DNA of 62,650 nucleotides, counting the filler, from Hausera hauseri (lineage: Eukaryota): assembly GCA_046269625.1 (NCBI GenBank). It is 10 parts of 10 records of this genome, joined end to end, with 100 filler letters (N's around TTAATTAATTAA, not from the genome) between each part and the next. Parts side by side here need not be neighbours in the genome. Positions count along the whole stretch, not along the records: positions 9,605 to 16,781 come from JBJURY010033002.1; positions 16,882 to 22,066 come from JBJURY010313941.1; positions 22,167 to 28,224 come from JBJURY010146979.1; 7 more parts are not named here. One strand, 5' to 3'. The notes under the pieces were generated by a model that ran no database searches, had not been told where the DNA came from, and was given only the letters and a program-made list of their open reading frames with translations. Positions 12,799 to 25,625 of this stretch are shown here, piece after piece. Made by a program: the position numbers and the translations under genes. Numbering within the stretch: the stretch's first letter is position 1; each line of letters opens with the position of its first letter.

Positions 12799-12955
12799 AT
12801 AATAAAAAATTTTCTACAACTTTTGTTTACTTTCCAATGAGTAATTTCAAACGATCCTATTCTGATTCATCAGACATGCCTGAGGGCGGGTATTTTCCAA
12901 CCCTACCCAAACTGGGCGATGACGTGGATGGCGTTGATGCGCACGCTGCCAACAT
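12799..12955 (+). repeat. Diverged direct copy of 9759-9915 (5' end of the gag-like ORF)
   Basis: aataaaaaatttt...tttactttccaatgagtaatttcaaacgatcc...gcgcacgctgccaacat is shared between the two sites. Confidence 0.9.
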
Positions 12956-12999
12956 AAATTATTAACATCGTTGATATATTTGATATCGAAACTAAATGT

Positions 13000-15900
13000 T
13001 GACAAATGCTATGTTTTTCGCTCTTGGTGTGTAGATGGGTGTTTCATAAACATAATATTGACTAAAGTCTTATGATCAGTTTGGATAACAAAACTGCGAG
13101 CTGTGAGAAGTGGGAGAAGTGTTTTAAGGCCAGAACTATCGCCAGTAGTTCTAGATCGAGTGTGGAATATCAATATTCTGGTGGTGATTATTTTCTAGAG
13201 AAAAATTCGAGTGGTTGGTTTTCGCCTTTGTATATCTGATGTAACACAACATCGACTGCGGTGGTTGAAGCGTCTGTGGTAAGAATAAGTTCAGCATCAG
13301 GTTTAGGAAATGCTAGAATTTCTACGGTTTTGAGACCTTTGCGCAGTTTATCAAACTTATCAACCAATTTAGGTTTCCATTGAATAGATTGATGCTTTTT
13401 TCTATTTCCTAAATGTGTGAAAGGTGCCGTGAGTTCCGAACAGTATGGAACATATTTGTGGACAAAGTGTAAAGTCCCTAAAAGCACCTCGTTTCTCTTG
13501 TGGTTCTTGGTAGTTGTGTGTTTTTAAGAGCTTCGACACGTTCTGACTGAGGAGAATGGTCATTTGCTGAAATGATGCGTCCGAGAAAGTTAATACAGTT
13601 TGGAAGAAGCTGCATTTTGCAAAATTAATCTGTAGATTATGGTGGTTAAGTCGTTGGAAAATAGAACAAACGTGTTCCTCGTGCTGCTTGGTTGAAGACG
13701 AAACGATTAAGATATCGTCAATGTATGGGTGTACGAAAGTGAAGTCTGAAAGAATAGAATCGATGTGACTTTGGAAGGTCTGCGCGGCGTTGCGTAAATT
13801 AAATGGCATATAAACGTATTCATACAGGCCGAAAGGTGTTGTAACAGCAGTTTCCTCGATGTCCTCAAGTGCTGCAGGAAGTTGATGATATGCCTTGGCT
13901 AAGTCTGTAGTTGAATATACCGTAGTAGGGTTGAGCCGGTGCAGGATATCCTTAATAAGTGGTAAAGGATATGCATCCATTATAGTTAAAGTGTTTAGCT
14001 GACGGTAATCACACCATGGTTGAAAAGATCCATCCTTTTTGAACAACGTGCAAAGGCAAAGACCACGATGGTACAGATCCGTGTACAATGCCGGAGCGTT
14101 CAAGGTCTACAAATTCCACTTCAACAGCATGTCTACGACGTGGTGACAATGGACGCACCTTTTGATGAATGGGTCTTTGGTGTTGCGTTATGATGTGGTG
14201 AAAAGTGCTGTTTGCAGGTGTGAAAGTTCGGTCCTTCTGGATTGAGCGAGGACATTAAGTGCGTATGTATTGCTGTAGACTTGCAGGCAATTGTGAGAGA
14301 CTGGGTGATGTTGGTGTTGAGTCAATATATGTAGTGACGAGTGATGTTTGCAAATTATTTGCTAGTATGAAATCAAGTGGAATTTTGTGTAAGATAGTAC
14401 CATTAAAAATAGTGTTTGAAGAGGTAATGTGGTCTAGTGAATTTACCGAACCAACAAATCGTAGCTGTCAAAACCATATCTCGACTGAATATTAATATTA
14501 TGATTAAAAAATTTACGGAACGAAAAATGATTGTTATAATATTTTGGGTTAGTTTTACGGTTTCTGAGTATAGACTTCCGTGTGAAGACCGTTTGCTTGT
14601 TAGCAGATATACTATTTATTTTCTTGTTAAAATATCCAGTGGTGTTACTTTTCAGACATCGTTGCTTGCAATTAACTAAAAGATTATAATGGGATAAGAA
14701 ATTGGAACCTAGGATTGCTGTGCGGACGTTAGCGATGGTAAGCGTCCAATGAAACGTTGAATCACATTTTTGTAAGGTGAACGATAATTTAGGTGTACTT
14801 GACATGTCAAGTGGTTGTCCTAAAGCTGTAAATAATGATTTAGTTTTGAATGGTGAATTTTGTACAGGGAACGTGAGTGGTAGAAAAGAAACCGCAGCTC
14901 CTGTGTCACTAAAAAAGTCTATGGATTGAGTTGTTGGTGTAGTTATCACAGACTTTAGTGTAAAGACTGCAAAAGAAGTGTGTCGGCAGTTAGTATTAGA
15001 GAAGTTGCCTTTGCCAGACTGCCGTGAGAACTGGGGGCGAAATTAGATTTTGGGATTGGTGAGTTCGAACGACTATTAATAGAGAAAATTGAACGTCTGT
15101 CGTTGGTGTGGTTAGTGTTGCTCTTATAGGTGCAACCTTAAAGATATTTCTGGGCGTGAAATACAAATTTAGCATGATAGATGCGAACAATATTGTCTGC
15201 ATGTAAATTTGGAGTGTAATATCTACACTCCAAAACGGCATTTATTAGCTTTATTATTAAATTTGCTATGATAATAGCACACAAAAGACCGTTCAGGCGA
15301 CGGTGACCGGTTTTTTGAAACAGAACGAACGCGGTTAAAATTAGGAACGCTTCGTCGCAGTAATGAAAGATCGTTCAACTTATTATTAATGTTATTTATC
15401 GTCTGTTGTAGGGCCGAATTTTCAGCGAGTATTTGGCTCAACTGTGGCTCTATTTTTGTATTGAGTTGATTGTCGCTTGTTGTGACTGCGGCCGATACGA
15501 TTGGTTGGGAATTCAACTGTAAAACTTCATGTGCATTATTAACCAATTCGCCTAATTTATCCAATACCGTGAATTCCTCAACAACGTTAAGAAGTGCCCT
15601 AATTTGCATAGACAACGAGTTTAAGAAATGTCGTCGCAGAATGTCTGAATTATGCTGCTTGGTTAAACCTAGTGTTTGCAAGTGGGTCAACGACGTGCGC
15701 AGGAATTCAGAAGGCTTTGCGTTCCCATTGCCTTATCGTTAAAGAAACGATGGATTATAGAGTCCATGGACGGCTCTGTAAGTTTTAAAACTGCATTGTA
15801 AAGCTGAGTATAATGATATTGATGGGATTGTGGATACAAGTTCTGATGTTGTTTGGCAGAAGGAATAGAAGATTATTAATCTTATCCAAAGAATCAGTAA

Positions 15901-16684
15901 TGTCACAGGATTGAAGCCATAGTTGGTGAAACTGCAACCATATTTTACTAGAATTTTGGTTATCAATAAAATATTCAGTACACTGAGAGGGATTAGACGG
16001 ATAAAAACCCGTTTGCTTTTGCAAAGGAGTCGAACAGAGGTTTTCAGGAGTTATCGACAGTTTAAGGCTAGAATGTTTGTTGAGGTAAATGATTGATTTA
16101 GGCTTAGCAGGATCGTCCGTAGTGTTAATGGTGGAAGAGAATTGCATTCCACCACGGATTCGAGAATTGATCTGAAAACAGAGGGAGAAAGGTGAAAAGG
16201 TGATGTCTTGAAAACTATTAAAAACGAAACCATTGTGAGTCAGATAGAAATCAAAGATATGGGTTATTATACGAATGTGGTCGTGTAAATGCGTTATATC
16301 TATATATTTTGTTATATTTAGAGTATGTATTAATTCATTATTTAAAAAACGGAAAATGTAAACTGGTGGTAGTAGGAAGCCGGGCAGAAAGTGTGGCATC
16401 CCCACGCATTGCTCGTCGTGCCATACGGCTGCCGGATGGACGGCCGGAGGCGTGGCCGTACCAAGACGTCGTCGAAATGTTGGAGTTGTAATGTGATGTC
16501 TGTCGGAGAATTCGACCGACGATGCTGCAGAAGAGATAGAAACATTGTCACATGGATCGATTACTCCAAAAGAAATTTGTAATCTATCAATAGTTTGATA
16601 AATGGGCTGTATGGAATTGAGATAGAAAATAAAATCCGTTGATAAAGTATAAAAGTAAATGTTCGGCACTGTAGTTTGTCTCAA
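13000..16684 (-). mobile_element. Ty3/Gypsy family A copy 2: Ubl-gag-PR-RT-partial RH, decayed
   Basis: Ubl ending SRIRGG (16148-16162). Gag homologous to copy 1. PR FFSDTGAAVSFLP. RT MPFNLRNAAQTFQ, PYIDDILI. RH LTTDAS. Truncated before the integrase. Confidence 0.92.
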
Positions 16685-16881
16685 TGATCGAATATTTTGA
16701 TGCTATTGTAGAACACTGGATGTACTTGAGACATATCTCACAACTTTCTGATTAATAAATTATGAAAATGTCATATCGTACNNNNNNNNNNNNNNNNNNN
16801 NNNNNNNNNNNNNNNNNNNNNNNNNTTAATTAATTAANNNNNNNNNNNNNNNNNNNNNNNNNNNNNNNNNNNNNNNNNNNN

Positions 16882-17880
16882 ATCATTTTATGATATAATT
16901 CCGTTATTCCGACTTGTCCTTTATAGTAGAAGTAATCGTCTTTATTTTTCAGGTAGTCCTCAATCCGAACATCCTGCGTTTCTAATTTGTAGGTTCTTGA
17001 GTTTATTTCCGTTTCGGCTACAAAGAACGCTTCGTAGTTTGCGGCGAACATTACCACATCGCAGCGAGTTATCATTTTTTTACAAATTTTAGTCCATATG
17101 GGTCAGAAATTAATATAGTAGTTGTAGGATGTTCCGATACATCTTCGCGTGTTCTTGAATTACTCTCCGATTTGTCTACATAACGTTTTCCCGTAGTTTC
17201 ATTAAACTTTAACTCTTTAATTTTGATAAAGTTACAGCTCCTTCCAGAGGGAGGTTCCCATATTATAACCGAACTTCTAAAAGAACAGGTTCCGTCTTGT
17301 AAATGACATTTCTGATTCTTAGTGTATAATTTAGTGACACTATGGAACATTACCTTTTGTGATCGCATTTCTGATTCATAGAAATCCATAACTACCACGT
17401 TTGATTCTAATCCTTTTCCGGTATCGTATTCTGCTCCATTACAATGTCCGGTACGCATATCCAGCCTTCCAGCTACTACTTTCTATGCTATGATTATTTT
17501 TCCTGGTTTCATTTCTAATTTCATACTGTCCCATTGTACTCTTCCGTTCTCTTTAGCTTGTTTACAGTGTTGGCGTTCTAAATTCATTGGAATCAGCGGA
17601 GTAGTTGGATTGATTATAGAGGAATGTCCATGTATTAGTCCACAGTGGAAGATACTACGCGATCATTTCAACATGCACTCCATTCCGTCTAATGATATCA
17701 ATTCTTGTTGTTGATACAGGAAGTAATTTTTTTCTCTTGTTTTCAATTTGTGTGGTCTGGCATCCTCGCATGTTTCCAGATCCATTAAAGAATATCTCTT
17801 TCCTAGTTTAAACTTATCGCAATCATAGACGGTTACCCCGATTATACGCTTGATTAGCATCATTAAGGTGAGCTAGCTAA
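16882..17880 (-). pseudogene. env: Chuvirus-like (class III, gB/G-type) envelope glycoprotein, N-terminal part
   Basis: Hydrophobic signal followed by VTVYDC..YSLMDLETC, CGLIHGHSSII and CHLQDGTC..SVIIW..CNF. Confidence 0.72.
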
Positions 17881-20800
17881 TTAGCCAATTCGACTCATTT
17901 TTCCGACCTCCCACGTCTGACGTCGTCAGGTTACGTAACATGTCGTCGAATTTATTGTTATTTCGTTTGTCTTCTTCCTTGTCAAACAGTCTCGCCCAAT
18001 TTACTTCGCAAGGCATTCTTCTTGCTGTTCTCCGTGCTAAGCTTATAGACCTATTAATTTCATTTTCTCGATTAGGATTTTGATAGCTAAGTATAGTAAC
18101 ACCTTTCTCAATTCTTTATTCGTGTTTTCTACCATGATCTTTTTGATTACTGATTCATCAGTTAGATTGCTTTTCGATAGTTTAAAACTCGAACTTCGCA
18201 TCATTTTGGCTGCATCGAAAATTATCTTTTCTTTATCATCTAACACCTCCCCTCGAAAACTAGAGTAATTCACAATTCGTATTAGATTTTTCATTAACTC
18301 GCCTAATTCCTCGTTATCTGGGCTAAGAGCCGGAATCGACATCTGTCTCAATTCTCTCATTAATTCTCCATTGTAATCCACTTCTTACTGCAGTATTCTG
18401 AGTCTGCCTACTGGGCGTTTCGGTCTTGGACCCTTAGTGATTGTTTCACTCAATGGTACTAAATTTATGTCGTACTGTTCCTTATATTCGTCCGTTTGTA
18501 AATACTCAAAATATAATGAGGCGTCTCGGACTCCCATGATTTGTCATACGCATTTTTACGTTTTGGCTTTGCGTGTAGCTTTATCTTTTGTCTGTTCGTT
18601 AGCTATTACTACCACTATCCGATTTCTTTCGTCAGGAATGATCCCGACGTCTATCAGTTGTTTGAGAGTATTTTACCTCTAAAATAAAATCTGTAATTTA
18701 AATCGTTCGTTCCACCATTGTTTATTAACCATTCTCTTACATCTTTTACGTAGGAATATGTAATCAACTCGAATTCCTTTTCGTCCATCCATTCGGAAGA
18801 CTTTAGCGTACATCCTTATCAAAAGTTTCGGCACCGTACTATAAATCGTGTTTTCGCTAGATAATTTAGTTAAAGTTGGAATAAGTTGTCGTAGTTTATT
18901 CTCGGTAATATTTACGTTAATTAATTCAATCAAATCCTTTTCAGCTAGCGATGAATCCAGTAGCATTTCCACATTAAATCTCCTGTCTTGAAGGTATGTT
19001 TATATTTCGTTTAGTTGTACTGGAGTCATAGGTTTTCCGGCAAATATTTCGTAGAAGTATGCATCCCATTCGGGTTCGTTTCCGACATATGGAAGTCGGT
19101 AGTCCACAAAGACCATATTGGCTCTTTAGATGTTCTCCCGAATTTCCTTTAATTTAGGTTGTATTTCTTTCATTTTCGAAGTTCGGAAACCTACTCCATT
19201 TCCGCAGGCGTACTGAATCATCTTCAATAATTCACCGAATTCGTTAGAGTCAATCAGTTCTTTTTGGTGATAATCTGTTAATTCAAAATCACGTCCTTTT
19301 GCCATCTTTGTACAAATTCTCGTTTATTATTAATCTCGGATTCGGTAAAAGCGTATCTGTTTCGATAGACTCCGAGCTCTTTTGTTATTTCGTCTAACCC
19401 CGTCTCTCTTTGTTTTGTCTTGATACATGTTTCTTCTACTTTTTGTATCTTGTGCATCAATTGCCTCATCTGCTTATTGCTGATTTCTGCCATTTCCACT
19501 AATAAATAGGCTAACTCATACAGTTCATTTATAATCTTTGAATCAGGGTCCATTGCATCCGATAATTTCTTTACGAACTTGTGTTCCAGGAAACTAAAAT
19601 GTGGGTCGTTTTTTATTTCTATCAACTTGGTATGGAAATTCTGGTCTGAACCGGCCATCCATTCTTGAGGTCTGTGCAAAAATTTTATCGCATCCGTTAG
19701 CGTATCTTGATGCCCCGGACAAATGTTCAGGATTTCAATGTCTTGTGCAGAAATTTCTTCGATTGGTTTTCCGGTTAAGTATTGAATCCTTTCTAGTCGG
19801 ACGATCCTTAACTTTGAATTTATATCATAAATCATACTCCGTTTCTCCGTGAAGTTCGTTTATTCAATTAATTTGTAGATTTTCTCCATCGTCGACGCTA
19901 GTCGTTCCTGTTCCATAAATTTTAGTTGTCGTAGCGCTTCGAATTGAGTTTGGATGTCTATTTCTATTCGCAACGTGGCTAAATTGTATGCACTTTTCCC
20001 TAGTTGCTTTTTCACCGTTGGGTTACTTTGCGGAAATTCTGTTTTACTGTCTTCTACCAATTTTGTCAGCCGCGTTACTAATTCGGACCATTCCGACAGT
20101 TGATTCGCGATTACTGGTTTTGCCATTGTAGCCTTATCTAGCATCTTATATGCATCTTCTAACTCATCATCTGGTCCTCTTAGGAAATTCATAATCCGGC
20201 CGATTTAACTAAACTCGTCTTTATACTCCTCCAATTCTACGATACAAGCCTTAATTACATTTTGGGTCTCCTCGTTGTTTGGGAACATAATTCGATTTTT
20301 CAGACCATAAATCTGTGCTCGTATTTCATTTTCTATTTTAATTCCATTTTCTAAATTCGTATATCGTCTAGGTAAGCAAAGGTAAGTTTAATCATCTCCA
20401 TTAAAGGGGAAATATCTACTATGTCTATACCCAATATTTCTATGTCGATATTACTTCGATTACTAACCGGTTTTTCTTTGAGCCGGTGAATCATTGCTAG
20501 GCAAACTTCATCCATCATACGTTCTAAATTACGGACTACTCTCTTCAATTTTGGGTTTTCTTCCAAAGTTGATAATAGCGTTTGAGCCTTGGTAATTTTT
20601 GCATCGACACTGTGTTCATTTTTACTCCATCCTTCCGAAAATTCTACCCCGCTTTTAATCCACGCTTCCAATTCCTGCTTCCACTTTAACAACGTTTCGG
20701 TCGATACCTCTTCGGGTTGTTTTATGTCAATTGCTTCCGCAAACTTTCCTTCGCTACGCAGTTTCAAACTTTTATATAACTTCTCAGCGAATTGTTGTTC

Positions 20801-22066
20801 TTTTCCGGATGTCTACTTGTTCGCAAATCTGTTTAAGCCTTTTTAAGTCAAACTGTAATATTTCCGGCCCATCACGTTTGTTTCTCAGTCTCCTTAGTTC
20901 ATTGGCATTTTTCCATAAATGTCGGACTTTCCACTTCTTGGGATCGAAATCGTCAATATTCGCTGTTTTTACCTCACTAATGGGAAGTGGGCAGATCTTG
21001 TTAATTTCGTTAATTGACTCTACCGACTCTGCTTTTCCGACGGTTGTAGGTGAACCAATTTCTGGTGTACTCAAATTAGGACCCGTGTCGCCTCCTACGA
21101 CGTTCGGGTTTTCCGTTTCTTCAGTTTTCTCTCTGGTTATTTTGGAACGTGAACGACTTCTTCGCTTCGTTTTTAGAGAAGGGCTACGACCTCTACTTTT
21201 CGTAATTTTAAGTATTAATGGCTCCATAAATTCCTTTTCTGCTGTATCTGCTGTATCATCCTCAGTGAGCTTAGCTACTTTTTCGACTGTAAACTCAGGC
21301 TCTGCGTCTAACTCGACTGCTGTCGATGGGCCTGGTTTTTTAGGTGGTTTATTGCTTATCGGAACACTCTTTTTCTGTGTCATATCACTTCCTTTAGGTG
21401 GTATCGCGTGTTCATATTTAGTTTCTGGTTCTGCTAAGCCATGGTACACTTCTAGTAATCTCAGCTTATCCCCGTATTCTCTTCTAGCCATCAGAATTTG
21501 TAGGTTAGTGGTATTCGGTTGAGCATCTAGGAATTTTCTCAAATTCTGTATATCGATGATAGTGCCTGTATCTCCACGAATGCCATACTTTGCTTCTGAA
21601 TTCTCATTGATTCTAATCGTACTAGTCTTATTTGGCTCAGTAAATGAGACACTACGTGCGTTTGGGCATGACTTTGAAATGTATCCTTCTTTGCCACAAG
21701 TAAAACAAACCAAATTACCATTTCTGCCGACTCTCTATCGACCGTCTTCGCTCATTGGTGACTTAGATTTATTTGCACTCTTATTATACTGTTTTGGCAA
21801 ACTTTGCATATTATCGGCAGTTCGTTTGTTATCATTATTTCGATTATAACCGTTTTGATTCTAGTAGTTTGGACCCTTATAATTTCCTTTATTTCTATCT
21901 TAGTCTGATCTGTTCGTATTCCCATAATTATTACCTCTGCTATTTCTGTAACCGCCATTATTATTTCTATTCCCATAATTTCTGTTACCTGTAAATCGTC
22001 TGTCGTCTCTTCCACAGTTATCATTGCGATTTTTATCATTGTGGTCATTCCGATCATTATTTCTGT
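16882..22066 (-). mobile_element. Env-bearing Gypsy family B copy 1 (partial): gag C-terminus, long ORF-X, glycoprotein N-terminal half
   Basis: N/R/G-rich gag tail and CFTCGKEG(Y)ISKSC knuckle. Collinear homology with 42600-47633. Confidence 0.85.
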
Positions 22067-22750
22067 NNNNNNNNNNNNNNNNNNNNNNNNNNNNNNNNNN
22101 NNNNNNNNNNTTAATTAATTAANNNNNNNNNNNNNNNNNNNNNNNNNNNNNNNNNNNNNNNNNNNNTCAGAGGTTCTTAATCGTCAATAAAAATTTTCTA
22201 GAGTTTTATATTTTTGTGGGTGGTTTTTTGTTAGTTACTACTGGTTTATATACCAGTTCCTCCTGTCAATTACCAAATTATTTCTCATAATTTTTAAATC
22301 GAAACTTATGTACAGATGCCACTTAATGAATTAATTTTCCAATTTTCAATTTATGTTTCAGAATTTTTTATATCAAAACTTATGTGTAAATGTCACTCAA
22401 AGGATTAATTTTTCGATTTCCAATTTCTACAATTATCGGTCTTTCAATTGTTAATGATTTTCGAATTTACTAACGTTTTTTCATTATTTTACTTATTTCC
22501 AACACGCAATCTGCTACTCAAATTTTTAGATCTGATTGACATATTTTCAATTTTCAAGCCATTCTATCAATCTAACCCTTAAAGTGAATGGCATATGTAA
22601 GTATACTCAAATCCTTAAACTGCTGGTCTCTGATTGCCATGTGTCTTAATCATTTCCCATTTTATTTTCGTCTCTCATTTATATTTCCAATTAAATTTCT
22701 AAATTATGCCTTATATTTCTTTATGTTCTCATTTATAAAATATGTTTTTA

Positions 22751-23051
22751 TGTTACATACTTATCACGGCCGCGAAATGTTTTGGCTAACAACGCAAATA
22801 CAATTAGCAGCAATAACAATAGGACACCCATCACAGGGGTTCAACAAAACAAAAAGTTGACAGAAAGTTTATTTATTTATACAATAATAAAATAACAATA
22901 TTTACAATTAATAATGTATTCTCTATCAGAGTTTCGGCAAGAGTTTGTATACACGATGTGTTCTCAATCAAAGTTTCGGCAAAAGTCTATATGCACGATC
23001 AAAGTTTTAACAAAGTTGAATATAGTAAAGAGGGCATAAGAAACCCTAACA
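22751..23051 (-). repeat. 3' LTR (301 bp) with TGTTA...TAACA ends
   Basis: On the minus strand it starts TGTTAGGG right after a PPT and ends TGTAACA. It contains TATAAATAAATAAA and a ~41-bp tandem duplication (22920-23000). Confidence 0.72.
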
Positions 23052-23065
23052 TTTCTCCCCCCTTT
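23052..23065 (-). promoter_or_regulatory. Polypurine tract AAAGGGGGGAGAAA
   Basis: All-purine run abutting the TG of the putative LTR. Confidence 0.75.
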
Positions 23066-23192
23066 GAAAAAGGATTCGGTCCTCCGGTCACTCTGAGTAC
23101 TGACATCGATAAAACTGAGATTTCTGGGTTTGATTGTCAGGGTAGCGTCATTCACCGGATTCATCCAGTGGCATAGTCTCTGAGTTCGGTTG

Positions 23193-25385
23193 TTATAGGT
23201 GTAGGAAAAGTGATAGTAGACGGATGGTTGATGGCAGTATGGGCATGAAATACCATTTTGGAAAAGTCATTCGAAGTGCATCGTTTGGGTCAATGGACTG
23301 AAGGAATTGGGAGCGAAGCTTATTGAAACATGTTGCACATAAACTGCGGTTGCATTGGAATTGGACCACTGTTATTCTTTCAGTGAGATATAGTACATTC
23401 ATAATTTGGGAGTTGGTCATAGAAAAAATTTTGTAGTGTTTCCCATAGATCAGGCGGGGCTAGGTCGGAAATGAGGTCAATTGGGAATTTATTCAAAGCC
23501 GAAAACCACTATTCTTGCAGGGATGATGGTAATTGAGGACTGTGAGAAATAGTTGGCGTAGGTGTTATTGAGGGTGTAGGTATCGGTAATTCAGGCAATG
23601 GTCTGATGATCTGCTCAGGTTGATAACGTGGGTGTGGTATTGAAGATAGTTGTCGTAGAAGAGACACAACATTTATATGGGGTAAAGGTACTTGAAAAGT
23701 AATTGGTGGTGGTCTAATTATTGTAGAAGGGCTAAATCTATGAATTGGAAATTCAATTCTAGCTGACGATTGCTGCTCTAGTCGGAAGTATCTCGTCGGA
23801 AGTAATTGAGGAATTGGCGTATTAATAACGGTGAGTAAAGCTCTTCTGGGATGATGGAAGTAGGAAGAAATGAATTGAGGACAGAAATAACATATACTAC
23901 AGATTAGATGACGATGATTGGATTCTAGTTGATAGCAATGAGAGCAGTACTCAGCATTACAACAACTAAATTGGTAGGCAGTTTTATTGGGCTTTTGACA
24001 TAAGCAACAGTTATGGAGTTGAAAATATGAGATGGCAAAAGGATTTGATACATCCCAAGTATAGTAAAAAGTGGCATGATCCGTAGGTTCAATGACGTCA
24101 AAGGTTTGGGCATCGAGTAATAATTGATCAGCGTCGGATGGGTATGCATCATGCCGAATGCAGTATTTGATCTCATGTACAAACAGGGCAATAGGGTGTA
24201 GGATGGGCTTGTGTTCGAATTTGATCTATACAAAATGAACAAACCATATGTAGACATGGCGTTAATCTGTACACTTCGCTGAGAATTACTCTGCAGAACA
24301 TGCATTCTGGAAGATCTAAAAATAAGTAGAAATAACTAAGATTTAACTCAATGACATTATGATTTACATTGTCAACATCTTCAATATACAGTGAATTTGA
24401 CAAAAGATTATAAAATTGTCTAAGTAAATGGGCTTGTACTAATGATGAAGTATATGTAGGGATAATGGTGGTATGTAGTAATTGTTCACTTAAACGAATT
24501 ATTAGCATTGGATCTGTTGAAACGTTTGCAGCGATAGGGTGGCGACTAAGATTGAAGAAACCATTAGTAATGGTAGCGGGTAATTTCAGTTAGCATAATA
24601 ATAAATCTAGTTGTGTTGTTATAATATATTTATGCTTTAACATATCTTGTATGAGAGGTAAGAAATCTTCATTGTCTATTTTATTCAGGGTTACATCATC
24701 TGTTATACCTGTAAAAGGTGTTCTCCAATCGATGACTTTATGTCGGAGGTACATTTGTTGCTGTAATAATATTTCGCCTTTGTAGTCTAATATGGCGATA
24801 TCTATAATATTTTGGTTGATGGTTGTCAAATTAGGTTGAGTGGAAACGTAATTAAATGCTACAAAGGTGAATAAAGGTTCTAAATCTGGTAGAGATATTC
24901 CTTTTGGTATTGAAGAGTATCCATTTACTGGTACAAGTGGTTTAGGTATATGAATTAATTGGTCATAGTCCTCATTACGGGTGTATATGTATTGGGCTTC
25001 GGTTACTTGAAGAAGAAACGGTGAAAAATAACAATTCAATAGGGGGAATTGTGATAATCACACTAAAATTATCAAGTAGTTCATAATTAATGTCAAAAAC
25101 AGGATCATTAAAATTGACATTGACATTTAACTTGCCACTGATAAGATGAATGGCAATAATATCACATTTTTCTGGTTGATCAGTAAGAATTAATTGAGAT
25201 AATGAATTGGTAACGCTAGTTAATGTTTGCTGTATACACATCTGTCTGGAATGAAGCTGCAATTTCTCAGATTTTAAATCATTTGGGATAGCTGTCTGAT
25301 TGGGAAACATATGATACAGTTGGTCTACACTCAGGCAGGACGCCACTGCGTCATAAAAATGTTGTGAATCAATATAAGGCTCCAT
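23193..25385 (-). pseudogene. Degenerate DEDDh (REX4/ISG20-like) exonuclease fold + RING-HC finger + Pro-rich tail, disrupted
   Basis: IAILDYKGEIL..KVIDWRTPFTGITDD, then in the same frame past one stop CMFC..LTPCLHMVCSFCI..CPVC. The Exo I DxE motif is absent. Confidence 0.65.
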
Positions 25386-25625
25386 TTTTAGTCTTAATAC
25401 AAAGCATGATGATAAAAATTTATTAACATTAGATGGATATGAACAAAACAGAATAACAATATAACTTTAAATGTAAACTATATACAGTGATTACACGACA
25501 TAGAATGTTAGAAGTCATATATATCAGAACAAATCAGTAAGCAGATGACAGAGATATTCAGAAACAAGGGTCATAACAAAATATTTACACACGAATAGAG
25601 GGTTAGTAAGGTATTCAATGTATGT

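Noticed and set aside
20731-21522. 263-aa plus-strand ORF and its counterpart at 46685-47227
   Set aside because: Antisense shadows of the conserved minus-strand ORF-X, with no independent evidence of coding.
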